A stretch of DNA of 64,000 bases from contig DASYGV010000175.1 of assembly GCA_035999335.1 (NCBI GenBank), forward strand, positions 10,807 through 74,806, read 5' to 3'. Positions 41,599-51,600 of the stretch are shown here, one piece after another (the first letter of the stretch is position 1; each line of letters begins with the position of its first letter). The notes under the pieces were generated by a model. That model saw nothing but the letters and a program-made list of their open reading frames with translations, was not told the origin of the DNA and did not search any database. The position numbers and the translations under genes are program-made. This DNA comes from Thermoanaerobaculia bacterium (GTDB lineage: Bacteria; Acidobacteriota; Thermoanaerobaculia; Gp7-AA8).

Positions 41599-42855
41599 CT
41601 ATGTGCCCAACCCTGCCGCGCGTTCCAGCAGCAACTCGCGCTCCCTCGTATTTCGCGTGAGCGCCGCTGCGCGCTCGAGCTCCACGCGCGCCTCGTCGAA
41701 TCGCCCGAGCTTCGCGAGGAAGTCGCCGCGCACGCTCGGGAGGAGGTGATAGGCCTTCAACGTCGGCTCGGACGTCAGCTCGTCCACGATGGCCAGCCCG
41801 GCCGCCGGTCCGTACGCCATTGCGACCGCCACGGCGCGATTGAGCTCTACGACGGGCGTCGGAATCAGGTCCGCGAGCTGGTCGTAGAGCGATGCGATGC
41901 GCTTCCAATCCGTCTCCGCTCCGGTTCGCGCACGCCCGTGACACGCCGCGATCGCGGCCTGCACCGCGTAAGGCCCCGGCGCGCCGCCGAGTTTCTCCGC
42001 GCGTACCAGGGAGTTGAGGCCGCGACGGATGAGAAGTTGATCCCAACGCGAGCGATCCTGATCGAGCAGCAACACCGGCTCACCCTTCGGACCGATTCGC
42101 GCGCGCAGCCGCGACGCCTGAATCTCCATCAGCGCGACCAGCCCGTGGACTTCCGCGTCCTGTTTCGCCAACTCCGCGAGGATGCGTCCGAGGCGAAGCG
42201 CGTCATCGCATAACGCGGGGCGCACCCAGTCTTCGCCCGCGGTTGCGGAGTAGCCTTCGTTGAAGATGAGGTAGATCACCTCGAGCACCGAAGAGAGTCG
42301 CGCGGCGCGATCGCTTCCGCGCGGCACTTCGAATGGAACGCCCGCGTCGGCGAGCGTGCGCTTCGCACGGACGATCCTCTGCGCGATGGTCGGCTCGGGA
42401 ACGAGGAACGCGCGTGCAATCTCCTCCGTGGTCAACCCGCCGAGGAGGCGGAGCGTGAGTGCGACGCGGGCTTCGGTCGACAGCACTGGATGGCAGGCCG
42501 TGAAGACGAGCCGCAGGAGGTCGTCGCCAATGTCGTCGTCGATCGCTGCGGCCATGTCGGGCGTCTCGAGTTTCTCTTCGAGATCGCGTGCGATCTCTTC
42601 ATGCTTCCGATCGAGCAGCGTTCGCCTGCGCAGCGTGTCGATGGCGCGATGCTTCGCTGTGCCCATGAGCCAGGCGCCGGGGTTGTCCGGAACGCCCGAC
42701 GACGGCCACTGCTCGAGCGCCGCCACGAGCGCGTCCTGCGCGAGGTCCTCGGCCACGCCGACGTCGCGCACGATGCGCGCGAGGCCGGCGATGAGCCGAG
42801 GGGACTCCATCCTCCAGACCGCGTCGATGGTGCGATGGGTATCGGCAACCGTCAC
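41599..42855 (-). CDS. ECF-type RNA polymerase sigma factor with long C-terminal (TPR-like) extension
   Basis: Region 2 DLAQDALVAALEQW and GAWLMGTAKHRAIDTLRR. Region 4 LRLLGGLTTEEIARAFLVPEPTIAQRIVRAKR. It is paired with an upstream YciI gene, as is typical for this group. Confidence 0.88.
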   Translation of the reverse strand: MTVADTHRTIDAVWRMESPRLIAGLARIVRDVGVAEDLAQDALVAALEQWPSSGVPDNPGAWLMGTAKHRAIDTLRRRTLLDRKHEEIARDLEEKLETPDMAAAIDDDIGDDLLRLVFTACHPVLSTEARVALTLRLLGGLTTEEIARAFLVPEPTIAQRIVRAKRTLADAGVPFEVPRGSDRAARLSSVLEVIYLIFNEGYSATAGEDWVRPALCDDALRLGRILAELAKQDAEVHGLVALMEIQASRLRARIGPKGEPVLLLDQDRSRWDQLLIRRGLNSLVRAEKLGGAPGPYAVQAAIAACHGRARTGAETDWKRIASLYDQLADLIPTPVVELNRAVAVAMAYGPAAGLAIVDELTSEPTLKAYHLLPSVRGDFLAKLGRFDEARVELERAAALTRNTRERELLLERAAGLGT

Positions 42856-42901
42856 GGCTGCCGATCACACCATCTTCAACCACACCGCGCAAGCGACAGC
42901 A

Positions 42902-43327
42902 TCAGCGATTCTTCTCGGCCTGCTGGCGGATGCGCTCTTCCTGCTCGCGCAGCTCGGGCGTGAACTCGGCGCCGAAGTCCTCGGCCTCGAACACCTGGCG
43001 GATCTCGATGTCCGATTCCTCGTTCATCGGATTCGGGCAGCGCTTCACCCACTCGATGCATTCTTCCATCGAGCGGCACTGGAACAGCCAGAAGCCGGCG
43101 ATCAGCTCCTTGGTCTCGGCGAACGGCCCGTCGATGACGGTGCGGTTCTTCCCGGAGAAACGCACGCGCGCGCCCTTCGAGCTCGGCTGCAGCCCCTCGC
43201 CCGCGAGCATCACGCCCGCCTTCACGAGCTCTTCGTTGTACTGGCCCATCTCGGTCAGGAGCTGCTCGCTCGGCATGACCCCGGCCTCGGAATCCTTGGA
43301 AGCTTTGACGATCACCATGAAACGCAT
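42902..43327 (-). CDS. YciI-family (DGPF domain) protein
   Basis: MRFMVIVKASKDSEAGVMPSEQLLTEMGQYNEEL...IDGPFAETKELIAGFW. A GAAGGAG Shine-Dalgarno sequence lies upstream. Confidence 0.85.
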   Translation of the reverse strand: MRFMVIVKASKDSEAGVMPSEQLLTEMGQYNEELVKAGVMLAGEGLQPSSKGARVRFSGKNRTVIDGPFAETKELIAGFWLFQCRSMEECIEWVKRCPNPMNEESDIEIRQVFEAEDFGAEFTPELREQEERIRQQAEKNR

Positions 43328-43440
43328 TGTTGTGTCTCCTTCTAATTTTCTTTTTCGGAGTTGGGCTCCACTGACACGTCGAACGGGCGACAGTCCGATC
43401 GACACGATCCGAAACTTTTTTTGCGGCGGCGCATTATTGC

Positions 43441-43473
43441 CCGTTCGCTGCAACCAGGAGACCGTTCGCTGCA
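43441..43473. promoter_or_regulatory. Perfect 12-nt direct repeat CCGTTCGCTGCA x2 with 21-bp periodicity upstream of the sulfur operon
   Basis: Copies at 43441-43452 and 43462-43473, 53-85 nt upstream of the rhodanese start. Confidence 0.3.
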
Positions 43474-43525
43474 TCGAGGCGAACCGGGCGCAAGGCGGTT
43501 CGTATCCTCCTGAAAAGGAGACCGC

Positions 43526-44422
43526 ATGCGCTCAATCGTCCTCGCCCTCTGTCTCATGGCCGGCAGCGTCCTGGCCAGTCCTCGCGAATCGCTCGTCGTC
43601 GACGCGGCCTGGCTCGCCAGACATCTCAAAGATCCCAACCTCGTGCTTCTCCACGTCGGCGACAAGGCCGATTACGCTGCGAAGCACATTCCCGGCGCGC
43701 GACATGTCGCGCTCGCCGACATCTCGACGCGCGGCGAGCTGTTCCTGGAGATGCCGCCCTCGGACGACCTCCGCCAGCGTCTCGAGAACCTCGGCATCTC
43801 GAACGACTCGCGGGTGATCGTCTACTACGGCAAGGATTGGGTCTCGCCGACGACGCGGGTGATCTTCACGCTCGACTACGCCGGCCTCGGCGACCGTGCG
43901 TCGCTGCTCGACGGCGGGATGGACGCGTGGATCGCCGCGAGCAACAAGGTCACGGACGTGGTGCCGCCCGAAAAGAAAGGGACGCTCGCGCCGCTGAAGC
44001 TCAAGCCGATCGTCGTGACCGGCGATCAGGTGCGCGAGCGCATGGGCAAGAAAGGGTTCGCGATCATCGACGGACGCTCGGCCTCGCTGTACGACGGCGT
44101 AGACACCGGCGGCATGCCGGAGCATCCGCACAAGACGGGACACATCGCAGGCGCGGGCTCGGTGCCTTACTCCGAGGTGGTCGACGACAAGAATCAGTTG
44201 AAGGCTGCGGACGAGTTGAAGGCGATGTTCGCGAAAGCGGGCGTGAAGCCGGGCGACACGGTGATCGCGTATTGCCACATCGGCCAGCAGGCGTCAGCGA
44301 CGCTGTTCGCCGCGCGATCGCTCGGTTATCCGGTGCTGCTGTATGACGGCTCGTTCGAGGATTGGTCCCGTAGGGAAGACGCGCCGGTCGAGAACCCGTC
44401 AGCGAAGAAGGAGCAGAAGTGA
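43526..44422 (+). CDS. Thiosulfate/3-mercaptopyruvate sulfurtransferase (tandem rhodanese), secreted
   Basis: Signal peptide. Two rhodanese domains. Active-site loop AYCHIGQQAS. Confidence 0.85.
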   Translation: MRSIVLALCLMAGSVLASPRESLVVDAAWLARHLKDPNLVLLHVGDKADYAAKHIPGARHVALADISTRGELFLEMPPSDDLRQRLENLGISNDSRVIVYYGKDWVSPTTRVIFTLDYAGLGDRASLLDGGMDAWIAASNKVTDVVPPEKKGTLAPLKLKPIVVTGDQVRERMGKKGFAIIDGRSASLYDGVDTGGMPEHPHKTGHIAGAGSVPYSEVVDDKNQLKAADELKAMFAKAGVKPGDTVIAYCHIGQQASATLFAARSLGYPVLLYDGSFEDWSRREDAPVENPSAKKEQK

Positions 44423-44886
44423 AGGAAAAGCCCTACGCCGACCCGTACGTTGCGGGCGTCGGCTTGGGTCTCGTACTCCTCGCGTCCTTCGTGTTCGCTG
44501 GCCGCGGCCTCGGCGCCTCAGGCGCGTTCACACGCATCGCGGCGGCCGTTTCTCCCGCCAACCGCCAACTGCCAACCGCCAACGATTCATGGCTCCTCTA
44601 CGAGATCGCCGGCGTCGTCGTCGGCGGTTTCGCGTCCGCTCTGCTCGCCGGGCGCGTGCGCCGCGAAGTCGAGCGCGGACCGCGCCTCTCGAGCGCGTCG
44701 CGTCTCGGACTCGCGTTCGCCGGAGGCGCGGCGATGGGTCTCGGCGCGGTGCTCGCGCGCGGCTGCACGAGCGGGCTCGCGCTCACCGGCGGCGCGCTGC
44801 TGAGCGCCGGGAGCTGGATCTTCATGTTCGCGGCGTTCGCGGCCGCATACGCCGCCGCGCCGTTCCTGCGGAGAGCGTGGAGATGA
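44419..44886 (+). CDS. YeeE/YedE family sulfur-compound transport membrane protein (half 1)
   Basis: Hydrophobic, with LARGCTSG (conserved Cys motif of YeeE/YedE). Overlapping starts. Confidence 0.8.
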   Translation: MKEKPYADPYVAGVGLGLVLLASFVFAGRGLGASGAFTRIAAAVSPANRQLPTANDSWLLYEIAGVVVGGFASALLAGRVRREVERGPRLSSASRLGLAFAGGAAMGLGAVLARGCTSGLALTGGALLSAGSWIFMFAAFAAAYAAAPFLRRAWR

Positions 44887-45413
44887 TCACCGCGTTCGCG
44901 ATCGGAATCGCCTTCGGCTTCGCGCTCGAGCGCGCTGGGCTTGGCAGCGCACGAAAGCTGATCGGCCAGTTCTACGGGACCGACTTCACCGTCTTCAAGG
45001 TGATGTTCAGCGCGATCGTCACGGCGATGCTCGGCGCGTTCTGGCTCTCGCGCCTCGGCCTCGTCGATCTGTCGCGCGTGTACGTGCCGGAAACGTGGCT
45101 GCTACCGCAGCTCGCGGGCGGGTTGATCTTCGGCGTCGGATTCGTGATCGCTGGATTGTGTCCCGGTACATCCTGCGTCGCGGCCGCGACCGGACGCGGC
45201 GACGGCGCGATGGTGGTCCTAGGCATGTTCGCGGGGGTGCTGTTGACCGGACTCGCGTTCGCACCGCTGCGCGCTTTCTACGAAAGCACGAGCCGCGGCG
45301 CGCTCACGCTGCCGGACGTTCTTCACGTGCCGTATGGGGTCGTCGTCTGCGCTGTCGTCGTCGTTGCACTCGCGGGGTTTGCAGTCGCGGAACGAATCGA
45401 GAAGCGCGCATGA
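44883..45413 (+). CDS. YeeE/YedE family membrane protein (half 2)
   Basis: MITAFAIGIAFGFALERAGLG..., IAGLCPGTSCVA. ATGA overlap with the previous gene. Confidence 0.8.
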   Translation: MITAFAIGIAFGFALERAGLGSARKLIGQFYGTDFTVFKVMFSAIVTAMLGAFWLSRLGLVDLSRVYVPETWLLPQLAGGLIFGVGFVIAGLCPGTSCVAAATGRGDGAMVVLGMFAGVLLTGLAFAPLRAFYESTSRGALTLPDVLHVPYGVVVCAVVVVALAGFAVAERIEKRA

Positions 45414-45865
45414 CCCGCAAGCTCCTCGCCGCGACCGCCGCTCTGCTCGGACTCCTCGGCGCGTTCGCGGGAGCTCCGCGATCGATCGACGTCGACGCGC
45501 TCGCGAAGCAGGTCGCGAACGAAGAGGACCACGTCACCGCGCTTGAGCTCGCGCAGTGGATCAAGGATCGCAAACCCGGCCTCCGCATCATCGACTTGAA
45601 CGTAGGGCGGGCTTCAGCCCGCCTCCCCGGTGCGGAGGTGATTCCTCTCGAATCGCTCACGCGTACGCAATTTGCGCCGAACGAAACGATCGTCCTCCTC
45701 TCCGACGGCGGCGCCCACGCCGCGCAGGCCTGGGTCTTCCTGCGCGCACTCGGACATCGCAACGTCTTCTTCCTCCGCGGCGGCATCGCCGAGTGGAACG
45801 CCGAGGTGCTGAACCCGCCTGCGCACACACCCGTCACGCGTTACTTCGCGAGGGGCGGATGCTGA
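45410..45865 (+). CDS. Rhodanese-like domain protein (no catalytic Cys), with a REP-hairpin-encoded segment
   Basis: Signal-like N-terminus. IIDL-NVGRASARL-PGAEVIPL...LLSDGG...FLRGGIAEW. Nucleotides 45603-45624 are the hairpin tagggcgggcttcagcccgcct. Confidence 0.75.
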   Translation: MTRKLLAATAALLGLLGAFAGAPRSIDVDALAKQVANEEDHVTALELAQWIKDRKPGLRIIDLNVGRASARLPGAEVIPLESLTRTQFAPNETIVLLSDGGAHAAQAWVFLRALGHRNVFFLRGGIAEWNAEVLNPPAHTPVTRYFARGGC

Positions 45866-47163
45866 GCTTCGGCGAGCTGCGACGGCGCGAGTTCGGGCGG
45901 CTCGACGCGCAGCATCACGCGTACCTCGATTACACCGGCGCCGCGCTGTACGGCGCGTCGCAGGTGCGCGCGCATCTCGCGCTGCTCGAAGAGGGCGTGT
46001 TCGGCAATCCGCACTCCGACTCCGCTCCGTCGCGCGCGAGCACTGAAGCGATCGATGCCGCGCGGCGCACGGTGCTCCACTTCTTCGACGTGGACGAGTC
46101 GACGCACGACGTCGTCTTCACCGCGAATACGACCGCGGCGATCAAGCTCGTCGCGGAAAGCTATCCGTTCGGTTCCGACTCGGCATTCGTCGTCTCGGCC
46201 GACAACCACAACTCCGTGCTGGGCATCCGCGAGTACGCGCGACGCGCCGGCGCGCGTGTGCGCGTGTTGCCACTCGATGAGGAACTGCGTCTGCGCGATC
46301 CGCTTTCGGTGCTCGACGAAGAGCACGGCGGTCTGCTCGCGTTTCCCGCGCAATCGAACTTCTCCGGCGTACGCCATCCGCTCTCGCTCGTCGACGCGGC
46401 TCACGCGCGCGGTTTCGACGTGCTGATCGACGTCGCCGCATACGCGCCGAGCCACGCGGTGAGTCTGCGCGAATGTCCGGCGGACTTCGCGGCGCTCTCG
46501 TTCTACAAACTGTTCGGCTATCCGACGGGCATCGGCGCACTCGTCGCGCGGCGTGAGGCGCTTTCGCGATTGCGGCGCCCGTGGTTCGCGGGCGGGACCG
46601 TTCTCTACGCCTCCGTCGCCGCGGATCGCCATCGCCTGCGCCCCAGCCGCGAAGGCTTCGAAGACGGCACCCCGAACTTCCTCGGCATCGCCGCGCTCGA
46701 CGCGGGCTTCGCGCTGCTGAGCGAGGTCGGCCTGCCGCGCTTGAGCGCACACGTCGCGCGACTCACGCGGATGTTCCTCGAAGAGCTGACATCGATGCCG
46801 CACGTGCGCGTATACGGTCCGCGCGACATGACCGATCGCGGAGGCACCGTCGCGTTCAACGTTCACGATGTGCCGTACGGTGTCATCGAGACCCGCGCGC
46901 GCGAGTCCGGCGTCTCGCTGCGCGGCGGCTGCTTCTGCAACCCCGGCGCATCCGAAGCCGCGTTCGAACTCGAAGGCGCCCGCGTCGCATCCTGCCTCGA
47001 CGACCTCGGCGAGGACTTCTCCGTCGAGCGCTTCTCCGCCTGCACCGAAAGCGCGGTCGGGGCCGTCCGTGCCTCGTTCGGCATGGCCACGAGCGAAGAC
47101 GACGTCCGCCGCGCGCTCGACGTGATCGCGTCGTTCCAACGCCGGCGTTCTTTCGCTATTTAA
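45859..47163 (+). CDS. Class V aminotransferase-fold protein (cysteine desulfurase / MoCo-sulfurase-like)
   Basis: YLDYTGAALY, FTANTTAAIKLV, SFYKLFGYPTGIGALV (PLP-Lys region), GGCFCNPGA. Confidence 0.8.
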   Translation: MLSFGELRRREFGRLDAQHHAYLDYTGAALYGASQVRAHLALLEEGVFGNPHSDSAPSRASTEAIDAARRTVLHFFDVDESTHDVVFTANTTAAIKLVAESYPFGSDSAFVVSADNHNSVLGIREYARRAGARVRVLPLDEELRLRDPLSVLDEEHGGLLAFPAQSNFSGVRHPLSLVDAAHARGFDVLIDVAAYAPSHAVSLRECPADFAALSFYKLFGYPTGIGALVARREALSRLRRPWFAGGTVLYASVAADRHRLRPSREGFEDGTPNFLGIAALDAGFALLSEVGLPRLSAHVARLTRMFLEELTSMPHVRVYGPRDMTDRGGTVAFNVHDVPYGVIETRARESGVSLRGGCFCNPGASEAAFELEGARVASCLDDLGEDFSVERFSACTESAVGAVRASFGMATSEDDVRRALDVIASFQRRRSFAI

Positions 47164-47302
47164 ACTTAAGCGCTAACGTTTAATAGCGAGAATCGCTATT
47201 TAAAGTTCATCAACAGGAGGACCTGTACAGGCGGCCCGGTCTTATTTAAACTTAGGCGCTAACTTTGAATAGCGTTCTTTCGCTATTCAAAGTTCATCAA
47301 CA
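47147..47302. repeat. AT-rich iteron-like array: six CGCTATTYAAA-type half-sites arranged as two ~75-bp direct repeat units
   Basis: cgctatttaaac-ttaagcgctaac-gtttaatagcg-agaa-tcgctatttaaagttcatcaaca // cttatttaaac-ttaggcgctaac-tttgaatagcg-ttcttt-cgctattcaaagttcatcaaca-aag-ATG(fic). Confidence 0.8.
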
Positions 47303-47305
47303 AAG

Positions 47306-48487
47306 ATGAAACGCGCAAAAACAGGACGAGACGAGATCACCAGCGTCGCCGGAGAGCGTGTTCGCGCGTTCGTTCCCAAGCCATTGCCGCCGCGTCCGAA
47401 GATCGTCTTCGACGGCAAACTACAGAAGTCGCTGGAGTCTGCCGTGCTCGCCCTCGGCCGTCTCGACGCCGTGTCGACACTGTTGCCCGATACCTCGCTC
47501 TTTCTCTACTCGTATGTTCGCAAGGAGGCGGTGCTCTCTTCGCAGATCGAAGGGATGCTGTCCTCGCTTTCCGATCTGCTCCTCTTCGAGCTCGATGAAG
47601 CACCGGGCGTTCCGCTCGACGACGTCGTCGAAGTGTCGAGCTACGTCGCCGCGCTCGAGCACGGGCTGAAGCGCATCCGCGGCGGCTTCCCGCTCTCGAA
47701 CCGATTGATCCGCGAGATCCACCGCGTTCTGTTGTCGCGCGGCCGAGGGAGTGCCAAGGATCCGGGTGAGTTCCGGCGGTCGCAGAACTGGATCGGCGGC
47801 ACGCAGCCCGGAAACGCGACGTTCGTTCCTCCGCCGCATCATCTGGTGTCGGATTGCATGGGCGCGCTCGAGCGCTTTCTTCACGCGGACGACGACGGCC
47901 TGCCGATCCTGGTGCGAGCCGGTCTCGCGCACCTGCAGTTCGAGACGATCCATCCATTTCTCGACGGCAATGGGCGCGTTGGCCGTCTCCTCATCACGCT
48001 CATGCTCTGCAATGCCGGCGTGCTGCGCGAGCCGCTGTTGTACCTGAGTCTGTATCTGAAAGAGCGTCGCAATACGTACTACAACCTCCTCGATGCCGTA
48101 CGCCGCGAGGGTGATTGGGAACGCTGGCTTGCGTTCTTCATCGACGGCGTGCGACAGACCGCCGACAGCGCCGTAAGCACCACCGAGCACCTCGGAACGG
48201 TCTTCACCGAGGATCGTGAGCTCATCGTTGGAATCGGGCGCCGGGCCGGATCGGCGTTGCGCGTTCACGACGCGTTGAAAGCGAGGCCGCTGGCTTCTGT
48301 ACAGGACGTCGTCGCACGAAGCGGGTTGTCGTTTCCGGCCGTCGCCGCATCGATGGACCTGCTCGGAGAGCTCGACATCGTCAGCGAACGAACAGGCCGT
48401 CGCCGCAATCGCATCTTTGCGTACGACCGTTACCTGTCGATCCTCAGCGAAGGAACGGAAAGTCCCGGGGCGTTAAAGAGTGGTTAG
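47306..48487 (+). CDS. Fic family protein (class II, N-terminal inhibitory helix) with C-terminal wHTH-like domain
   Basis: Fic motif HPFLDGNGRVGRLL. Inhibitory motif SSQIEG (S/TxxxEG/N). Confidence 0.9.
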   Translation: MKRAKTGRDEITSVAGERVRAFVPKPLPPRPKIVFDGKLQKSLESAVLALGRLDAVSTLLPDTSLFLYSYVRKEAVLSSQIEGMLSSLSDLLLFELDEAPGVPLDDVVEVSSYVAALEHGLKRIRGGFPLSNRLIREIHRVLLSRGRGSAKDPGEFRRSQNWIGGTQPGNATFVPPPHHLVSDCMGALERFLHADDDGLPILVRAGLAHLQFETIHPFLDGNGRVGRLLITLMLCNAGVLREPLLYLSLYLKERRNTYYNLLDAVRREGDWERWLAFFIDGVRQTADSAVSTTEHLGTVFTEDRELIVGIGRRAGSALRVHDALKARPLASVQDVVARSGLSFPAVAASMDLLGELDIVSERTGRRRNRIFAYDRYLSILSEGTESPGALKSG

Positions 48488-48601
48488 CAACCGCCCGACG
48501 TGATCCGGCGCACTAAATTCCGTCCCTACGTCCTGTAGAGTCTTCCGGAACTCCAGACCCCTGGACCCGCAACCCCGGACGTCAGACCGGAGGAGGTTCT
48601 C

Positions 48602-51600
48602 GTGCGATTGTTCCGTCTCTCTAGGCTAGTTGTGTTTGTTTTCACCGCCACCCTTCACGCCGCGTCGCCCGGCGACGTCGTGGTTTCCGAGGTTGCCTGG
48701 ATGGGCACCACCGGGAGCACGTCGAACGAGTGGATCGAGCTCTACAACAACACTTCTTCGTCGATCAGCCTCACGAGCTGGACGCTCACCGCGGTCGACG
48801 GCACTCCCAGCGTCACCCTGACCGGATCGATCGGCGCGTTCAGCTACTACCTGCTCGAGCGAACCGACGACAACTCCGTCCCCGGCATCACCGCGGACAA
48901 GATCTACACCGGGGCGATGGTGGACGGGGGCGAGCAACTCGTGCTACGCGATGCGAGCAGCAACGTCATCGACACTGCCAACCAGAACGGCTCGTGGTTT
49001 GCGGGGACGACCACGAACCGCGCGACGATGAGCCGCACCGATTCGAACGGATCGGGCACGACCTCGTCGAACTGGCACACCTCGACCGTGAGTTACTCCA
49101 TCGGCCTCGGCACGCCCCGCGCCGCAAACGTCCTCGGCGGCACCTCCGACGACTGGTTCTCGCTCTACTTCACCGATCACCTCAACACGACCATGCCCGA
49201 CTACGGGCCGAAGACGATGGCGAACGCGCTCATCGACGCCATCGACGGTGCGACGACGTCCATCGACTTCGCGGTCTACGGCTTCAACGGAAACGAGGAG
49301 ATCATCGCGGCGCTGGTCGCGGCGAAGAATCGCAGCGTGACCGTCCGCGGTGTCGTCGACTCTTACGAGAGCGGCTTCTATCCCTACCGCGCCACCGAGA
49401 CCGTGGTCGAAGAGATCGGCACCGTCGTCGCCGACATGGACGACCGCATCATGCACAACAAGTTCTTCGTCATCGACGGGCGCTGGGTCTGGACCGGCTC
49501 GACGAACATCTCCCGCCCCGAGATGGAGGCCGAGTACTACGGCGACGTCTCCGTGCTGATCGACTCGACGGCGCTGGCCGACGTCTACACCGAGGAATTC
49601 GAGGAGATGTATGGCGGCGATTTCCATGATGAGAAGACCGACAACACGACCCACGTGTTGCCGACTCTCAGCGACGGAACGGTGATCGAGAGCTACTTCG
49701 CGCCGACCGATGACGCGGAGACGAACGCGATCGTGCGCGCCATCGACGCCGCGCAGATCAAGATCAACATGCGCACGTTCTTCCTCACCAGCGAGACCAT
49801 CGTCGACACGTTGAAGGGCGCGAAGGATCGCGGCGTGACGGTGCGCATCATTCTCGACGCCACCTCCGCGCACAACGAGTACAGCCTCCACGAAGATCTG
49901 CGTTCGTACGGGATCTCGGTGAAGGTCGAAGCGTGGGGCGGGACGGAGCACCACAAGGCGTTCTCCGCCGACGGCTACGTCGTCGTCCTCGGCTCGCAGA
50001 ACTTCACGCTTTCCGGCAACACGCTCAGCGACGAGAACACGCTCTACATCCAGAACCGCCCGATGGCCACGGCCTACGACGCGGTGTTCGAGACGGCCTG
50101 GAGCTCGATCTCGAGCACGTGGCTCACGGCCGATCCCGATCCGGAGTCGAGCGACTCGCCGGGCTCGCTCTCCGACCTCATCGACAACGATCACGACAAT
50201 CTCACCGACGAAGGCGCGGCGGAGTCGATCAACACGACCAGCACCGCCGACGGTGCGATCAACGTCTACTTCAACCGCGGAGCGATTCCCGCCGGTGCGA
50301 CGGCGTCGAATGTGGCGAACTACAACGTGAATCTCGAAGACCGGCTCACCGCGCGCATCGCTACCGCAACGACGTCGATCGACGTCGCCACGTACGAGCT
50401 CGAGCTGCCGGACGTCGTCGACGAGCTGATCGACCGCGCCGACAACGGCGTCACGGTGCGCCTCATCGCCGACGCGAAGGACCCGCTGAATGAGGATCTC
50501 TCCGAGGATTCGAGCTACAAGACCGCGCGCGTGTTCTACGAGAAGATCCTTCGCGGCGCGGACAACACGCTCAACACCTCGGACGACGGACACATCTTCG
50601 CGGACTCCGTGATCTTCGCGGTCGAGGACTCGACCTTCCGCACCGGCCACGGACTCCCCTCGAGTCCGAGCGATCTGCCGTCGGTCACGGTGAAGGTTGG
50701 AACCGCGACGAAGAGCGGCTATCTCCTCGCCGACGGCGAGCTGAAGAACACCTCGGGTGGGTTGAACAACTACTACTCCTGGGGCGATCAGATGCACAAC
50801 AAGTTCGTGATCGTCGACGGCACATGGGTGTGGACGGGAAGCTGGAATTTCACCGTGAACGACACGTTCGGCTCCGACGCCAACCGCACCGCGAATATCC
50901 GCTCAGGCCACACGAACCACGGCATCGAGATCCGTTCCGCCGACCTGGCGGATGCGTACACCGGCGAGTTCGATGAGATGTGGGGCAGCACGACGACCAC
51001 GCCGGACATCGAAGACTCGAACTTCCACAGCCGGAAGGACGACAACACGGACCACGAGATTTACGTGGGCGGCAAGCTCGTGGAGGTGCACTTCTCGCCC
51101 TCCGAGGGCGCACTCGCGCGCGTCAACGAAGCGGTCGCGAATGAGGCGGACGAATCCGCGCACTTCTGCATCTACGCGTTCTCCGATCAGGCGTTGACGG
51201 ACAACCTCAAACTGCTGTGGGAAGGATCGACCAGCGAGTCGACGGGAACGCTCACCGGTTTCACGCTGCAGGGGGTGATGGAAAGCGGTTACTGGGATCA
51301 GTACTGGTCCGCGTCGATGGACATGACCGCGCGCGACGGAGATCCCGATCAGAGCAACAAGTGGAACAACAAAGGCCTGGTCGGATTCGACGGCGAGGAC
51401 AAGCTCCTTCACCACAAGTACATGATCGTGGACCACGACACGGAGAGCGATCCGTTCGTCGTCACCGGTTCGATGAACTGGAGCGCAAACGGCGAGGACA
51501 CGAATGACGAGAACACGCTGATCATCCACGACGCGGCGATCGCGAACCAGTTCTACCAAGAGTTCGCGGCACGGTACTACGCGGCGTACGGAATCGTGGA

